64,000 nt of DNA from assembly GCA_047495785.1 (NCBI GenBank), contig JBLDXI010000032.1, forward strand, positions 4,340,001 through 4,404,000. The letters are read 5' to 3'. The DNA comes from Lepidodermella squamata (taxonomy: Eukaryota; Animalia; Gastrotricha). Position numbers and translations under genes: made by a program. The notes beneath the pieces were generated by a model, which worked only from the letters and a program-made list of their open reading frames with translations, was not told the origin of the DNA and ran no database searches. Below are positions 58,901 through 64,000 of this stretch, in pieces; the first letter of the stretch is position 1, and each line of letters starts with the position of its first letter.

Positions 58901-59360
58901 AGAATTAGTGGCTAAAAATGCGTTGAATCGATAGGACATCTGCGATGCAGAGTACTTAGCGATGCGGCTTCGAAATTTGACGCTTGATACAGATTCGGCG
59001 GTTGTCAGTGATATCACGATGTCGCCGCTGGTCTCGCCCAGCGGCTCGCCTGTTCGCGTCGTTCATCGGGCGCGCTCTTTCGACCGGCCGCCGGCCGTGC
59101 GCCAAACCATCACCCCGTGCCGCTCGCCCCTCGACATCATCGACGACTGTCCTCGCGTGCCTAAGCGCAGTACACCCGGGCGCTACGTCTACCTCCACAA
59201 CACGCCGACGATGATTGCACCCGTCAATAATGGTTTGGCGCGCACCTTTGCTCCGCCGGCTTCTCTCGAATCGCGGCGAGCACGCTTTGCAGGGAAACTA
59301 CCCGCCGTGCCCGAATCAGCAAGCGCTGCCTCTTTCATCGATATTATCGAATATATCTGA
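52930..59360 (+). CDS. Cav3: T-type (Cav3-like) channel, paralog D, complete four-domain gene; first intron is AT-AC
   Basis: N-terminal [20 protein letters not shown] pore ISLESW (53946), [15 protein letters not shown] (Cav3 gating brake), DII pore FTQDDW (55529), DIII pore ATLDGW (56811), DIV pore FTGDNW (58003). Confidence 0.94.
53037..53088 (+). other. Non-canonical AT-AC intron (52 nt, phase 2)
   Basis: TCA AG|ATAAGTTC...TTTTATATAC|A TGG TTC GAG restores ..VSSRWFER.. . Read unspliced there is an in-frame TAA, and no AG occurs between 53042 and the WFER codons. Confidence 0.78.
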
Positions 59361-59664
59361 ACAAATTCGTTGCCTAAAATTAACCAATAAACCATTTTCG
59401 ATACTGTTGCCTTATTTTTATCATTATGTACTCCCCTTGTTATGAAAATGTGGGTCATCGGAATAATGTACTCTGTTTGAGGAAAACAACAACAAGAGCG
59501 TCTTTGGTTCAAGTAACACATTTTCCGATTTTAACTCTCGCCCACATGGGGTCTAGGTGTCAAACAGCGTCGTGTCAACGCAGTCACTTAGTCGGCGGCC
59601 CCCTTGTGGGTGGATGGCACGAACCTCGTTTCAAACACACTAGCCTCAATTCGTGCGTAATAAA

Positions 59665-62600
59665 ATGCCTGGATTGCTGTTGTCGCCCCCGCGCCAGGAA
59701 TCGACGGTCAGCACCGGCGATTTCCGCGGTAGCACGGTATATTTGGACGTTCCATCAGTTAGTGGCCACCACGCAGTGTCCCCGGCAGTGGGCAGTAGTG
59801 CCAAGCCGTCATCAGAACCTGTCTACGCTGAAAAGTCACTGCTGTGTCTTACCACCGATAATTGGCTGAGGCGTATTGCAATCCGCGTCATCGCCTCGCC
59901 GTGGTTCGAACGTGCCTCGATGCTCGCCATCATCGCAAATTGCCTCGCTCTTGGTTCAACCGACCCGTGCGATGTCGCTTGCAGAACAGCAACTTGCCAA
60001 GCTATTCAATTCGTCGAGTTGCTGATATTTCTGTTTTTCGCCGTCGAAATGCTCATCAAAATGCTGGCGATGGGTGTTTTCGGGTCAAACTCATATCTCG
60101 CTGAGACCTGGAATCGCCTTGACTGCTTCATCGTTCTAGCAGGGTAACAAACTTGAACCAATTTTCTTTCAATGACTGAGTTTACATTCTAACGCAGTCT
60201 GACAGAATACGCGTTTGCAAGCCATGGGGAAGTTAACCTGTCAGCGATTCGGGCATTTCGCGTCATGCGGCCTCTTCGAGCGATAAATCGAATTTCAAGT
60301 ATAGAACTTTTTATGTGGAGTTTTATGTGGAATACAAAGTCTTTTTTCTCAGGTTTGCGCCTCCTAGTGAATCTTCTACTGGATATTTTACCGATGTTGG
60401 GGAATGGTTGTTTTAGCTTTTCATAATTGAATTCTTCCCAACGCGATTTTATTTCTAGTGCTAGTGTTGTGCTTTTTCATCTTCTTCATTTTCGGCACCG
60501 TGGCTGTGCAGCTATGGGCTGGAATTCTTCGAAACCGCTGCTTCTTCCCAGACGACATCTCGCCACCCGACTTCATGCCAGCATATTACCAACAGAGTCA
60601 TGCAGATTTTGTGTGCTCGGCGAGTGGATTCGGCATGTTCCTTTGCTCAGATTTGCCGAGCATCGAACGAGAATCTTCGATGTGCGGCGATCTATTCGAA
60701 TTTGATCCTGACAAAATGGTCGAATGCGCTCGTTGGGTGACAAATTACACCGAATGCCGACCGGGTGGGCCTAACCCGGCGCGAGATACTGTCAGCTTCG
60801 ACAACATCGGGTTAGCAATAAGCTTCATTGGACAAAATTTGTCACTATTTTTCTAACTCATAGGTACGCGTCGATTGCCATCTTCCAGGTGATATCACTG
60901 GAGGGTTGGACTGACATAATGTATCTGGTCATGGACGCCTTTTCATTTTGGGTCTGGGGCTACTTTCTGCTGCTCGTACTGGTAATCTCTAATTAGATTG
61001 ATCTAAAGGGGACATTATTATGTCATTTTTTAGCTTGGATCTTACCTTGCTGTCAATCTCTGCCTCGTAGTCATTGCTGCTCAATTTTCTGTCACAAAAA
61101 TGCGTGAAAAAGCAAAGCTGGTAATTTATTATAAAATATTGACAATCAAAATTGTAAAGAATTTTTCAATCTCAGAAACGTGAAAGACTAGAGCTCGCTA
61201 GGTCTCAAGTCTCTCTGCTACCTCGTTGGACCTTTCGACTTTCGGCAGCTCGAACGGAGACTCAAGCGACAATTTATACGTCCAGATTCTAACTCTGATT
61301 TTCCACTACGCTCGCATCGCTTTCCGATGGGTGCGCGATCGGATTCGCGGCCAACCACCGCCCGTTGTCGACGTCCTTGTAACCGGGCATCTGCGCCCAA
61401 GCCACAGCAATTTCAGGATTCGAACTTCAAGCGTCGCGTCGCAGAGAGCAGCGCTTCGCCAGTCGTCTACCGTTTGTCCGAAATGTCGCGCATCGCCCGC
61501 CAGTTCTTACCGGCCCCTTGAGAAGCCACTCGAGTCGCGACAAGTTTCGTTCAATAACGAACTAGAACTGCCGCCCATGCACAGCCGGTGCCATCTTTGC
61601 GGCGAAGTTTTCGACGTAGCGCTGAGCCGTGGCAGTTCCGTCAACGATAACGCCGATGACGATGTGCTTCAGGAGGTAACACTTAAAGTTCGCCGAAGCA
61701 CCGTCTACTGGACGACACTAGGTAAGTATATATAGCCATGCAAGAACCATCGGTTTAGAAGAATCAAATTGGCAGAAAAAATACAGAGATTCCGTCACAC
61801 GAGTCGTGCGTGGATGAAGCGTTTCATCGAAAGCAAATTCATCAGCTTGTTCATCATGTCAACAATAGCAATCAACGCCGCAATTATGGCTGCGGAACAT
61901 CACAATCAGGTCGGTATTTTTTACTTTCAACCGCGCCATTATGCATATATTGAGAATTTCAGCCTGCAATGCTGACACACTTCATGGAGATTTCCAATAT
62001 TGTTTTCACTGTTATTTTTGCCGTCGAATTTTTACTCAAAGCTTACGCTTATCGATTTGAAGAGTTCATCATCGAGCCGTTCAACGTCATCGATGCGGCT
62101 ATTGTAGTGATCAAGTAAAAATTTGATTCCTTATAAAGAATTTCCCTTGCAATTCCGTATTTCAGTGTTCTTGATCTCGTTTCGTCCGGATCCTCCGGCG
62201 GTGGGTCTGGTTTCGCAGTTTTACGCTTATTCCGTCTCGTCCGTATTGTGAAAATAGTTCGATTCTTGCCTGCCCTTCAGCGCCAGTTGCTAATAATGAT
62301 TCACACTGTCGACCACGTGGCAACGTTTTTCGTTCTACTAACTTTTTTCCTGTTCATATCGGCTCTTCTTGGCATGTCGCTTTTCGGATGCAAGTTCTGC
62401 GTTATCTACTCAACCCAGCATGGGTCTTCTGAAGAGAGCGCGAATGCTGTACCCGAATTTGTCTCAGTTGGCAGGTGTACATATTCTGTAAAATCGCTCG
62501 CCGACTATTTAGCTCAGTTAGCTACGACCGAGTCAGGTGGAGACCAAAATGCAACGAATGCAACGAATGCGCCAGTTCCGCAAGAGCTGATGGAATGCCC

Positions 62601-64000
62601 GGCAGCAAACTTCGACAACGTCGGGCAAGCGCTGTTCACTGTGCTGCAAATCTTCACTCAGGACGACTGGGGCGCTATAATGAAAAATGGCATGCATTTC
62701 ACGACAGATTGGGCCGGTCTTTACTTCATAGCCATCGTCACGCTTGGCAACTACATCATCTTCAATTTGCTCGTCGCCATCCTTGTCGAGGGATTCAGCA
62801 GCAAAAGTGTAAGTTTTTGACTGAGAAATCAACCCTTTGCGAAACTTAATTGCAGGAGGAAGCCGTTATGAAAGCGAACAAATTGTTGGCAGCTCAGGAC
62901 GATGAATTGAGCACTGCCAAGGTGCCGGTTGATATCGCCGAAGAAGTAAAACGGCAGAATACTATGCTATGGCCGTGCCGCATCGCGCGAAAGTACCACC
63001 TGCGTCTGAAAAGCAAATTTCTAGCGATGTGGAACGCTGACGGCGATGCGAATTTTTCGCTGCTAATTTTCAGACGCGATCACAAGTTGCGCGTGTTTTT
63101 GAACGCAGTACTGACGTCGCAAACCTACGAAAGCGTTCTGCTCGGCTTGGTCTTCGCCTCTTGCTTGTTGATCGCGCTCGAAAACCCGCGCATCGGCAAA
63201 AACAGCTGGGAGCGCCTCGCCCTGAAATCAATCAACCACGCCATCAACATCGCGTTCATGATCGAATGTGTCGGCAAAATAATCGCGCAGGGCTTTGCTT
63301 TCGGTCGCGATGCTTACCTGCGTTCGTGGTGGAACGTCCTCGACTTCTTCCTCATTTGCATTGCATCCGTCGATGTAGCCCTAGATGTGCTTGATCCTAA
63401 TGTAGCCAACCGTAAAATGATACAGGTACTGCGAGTTTTGCGCCTTCTTCGTGCTCTCCGGCCACTGAGAATGATCAACAAAACGCGCGGACTCAAGGTT
63501 GTCATTGAAACATTGCTGATGTCGATCAAACCTATTGGAAATATAAGTAAGCGTTTATACAGCGCGCCTTTAGATAACACTTTAAATTAATTCTAACAGT
63601 TTTGATTTGTTGCTTCTTCTTCGCGATTTTCGCAATTTTCGGAGTTCAGCTGTTCCGCGGCTGTTTCGCGCGCTGCGTCGCTCCAAAGCAAATGCCCGTT
63701 AACTTTTCGCTGATATATCCTGGCGATGGCTCTGACGGTCATAACGTCTCCAAAGAGGCTTACATCCGATGGGCCATGGAGACAATTTCGACTCTCGACA
63801 ACAAAACGCAGTGCTTGAACCACGGCCTAGAGTGGGAGACGGAGTCGTACAATTTCGACTCGTTGCCAGAAGCCCTCATGGCCCTATTCGTTTTTTCGAC
63901 TCTTGACGGCTGGGCTGATATCACGCGAAATGGCGTCGCTTGCGTTGGTGTCGACCAACAGCCTATTCCTAATTACAACCCGTGGAACTTTTTGTATTTT
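59665..64000 (+). CDS. Cav3: T-type (Cav3-like) channel, paralog E; DI-DIII, 3'-truncated by the window edge
   Basis: [22 protein letters not shown] pore ISLEGW (60901), [14 protein letters not shown] pore FTQDDW (62662), DIII pore STLDGW (63905). Confidence 0.93.

Noticed and set aside
1092-63823. Many 60-170 aa antisense or alternate-frame ORFs overlapping real exons, and ORF starts at GTG/TTG
   Set aside because: Shadow ORFs of GC-rich coding exons with no motifs; bacterial-style alternative starts do not apply to this eukaryotic DNA.
1-64000. Fragmented channel ORFs read as pseudogenes, or as one- or two-domain (TPC/CatSper/bacterial-type) channels
   Set aside because: Breaks coincide with short GT-AG introns that restore frame, and B, C and D each assemble into a full DI-DIV protein.

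Overview
Gene-dense animal (invertebrate) genomic DNA with very short introns (mostly ~50-60 nt, GT-AG). The ORF track therefore shows fragments, and all gene models here were spliced by hand. Almost every gene concerns membrane excitability or cell signalling. (1) Five paralogous four-domain T-type (Cav3-like) voltage-gated channels: A (3' part only), B, C (minus strand), D, and E (3' end off-window). Every domain-II pore seen carries Asp instead of the canonical Glu, giving an EDDD rather than EEDD filter, and the paralogs differ in filter-adjacent residues, turrets and voltage sensors. (2) Twelve small three-finger (Ly6/uPAR/Quiver-like) genes with predicted GPI anchors, mostly missed by the ORF track. 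(3) Two divergent Cys-loop receptor subunits with a PDRP pore-mouth motif. (4) Two intronless GABA-B-like class C GPCRs, a VGAT/SLC32A1 gene, and a peptide-type class A GPCR followed by a hidden 85-aa secreted-peptide gene. (5) An ENPP4/5-like ectoenzyme and a LIV-1-type ZIP transporter with a degenerate metal site. Non-coding features are a tRNA-Leu(UAA) and a perfect 135-bp palindrome inside a VGAT intron, nested MITEs, and a rare AT-AC intron in Cav3-D at the position of the ancestral minor-class intron. The best candidate for a new system is an expanded, pore-diversified Cav3 family interleaved with an expanded array of three-finger candidate channel modulators; the functional link is inference. 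The species cannot be identified from the sequence alone.
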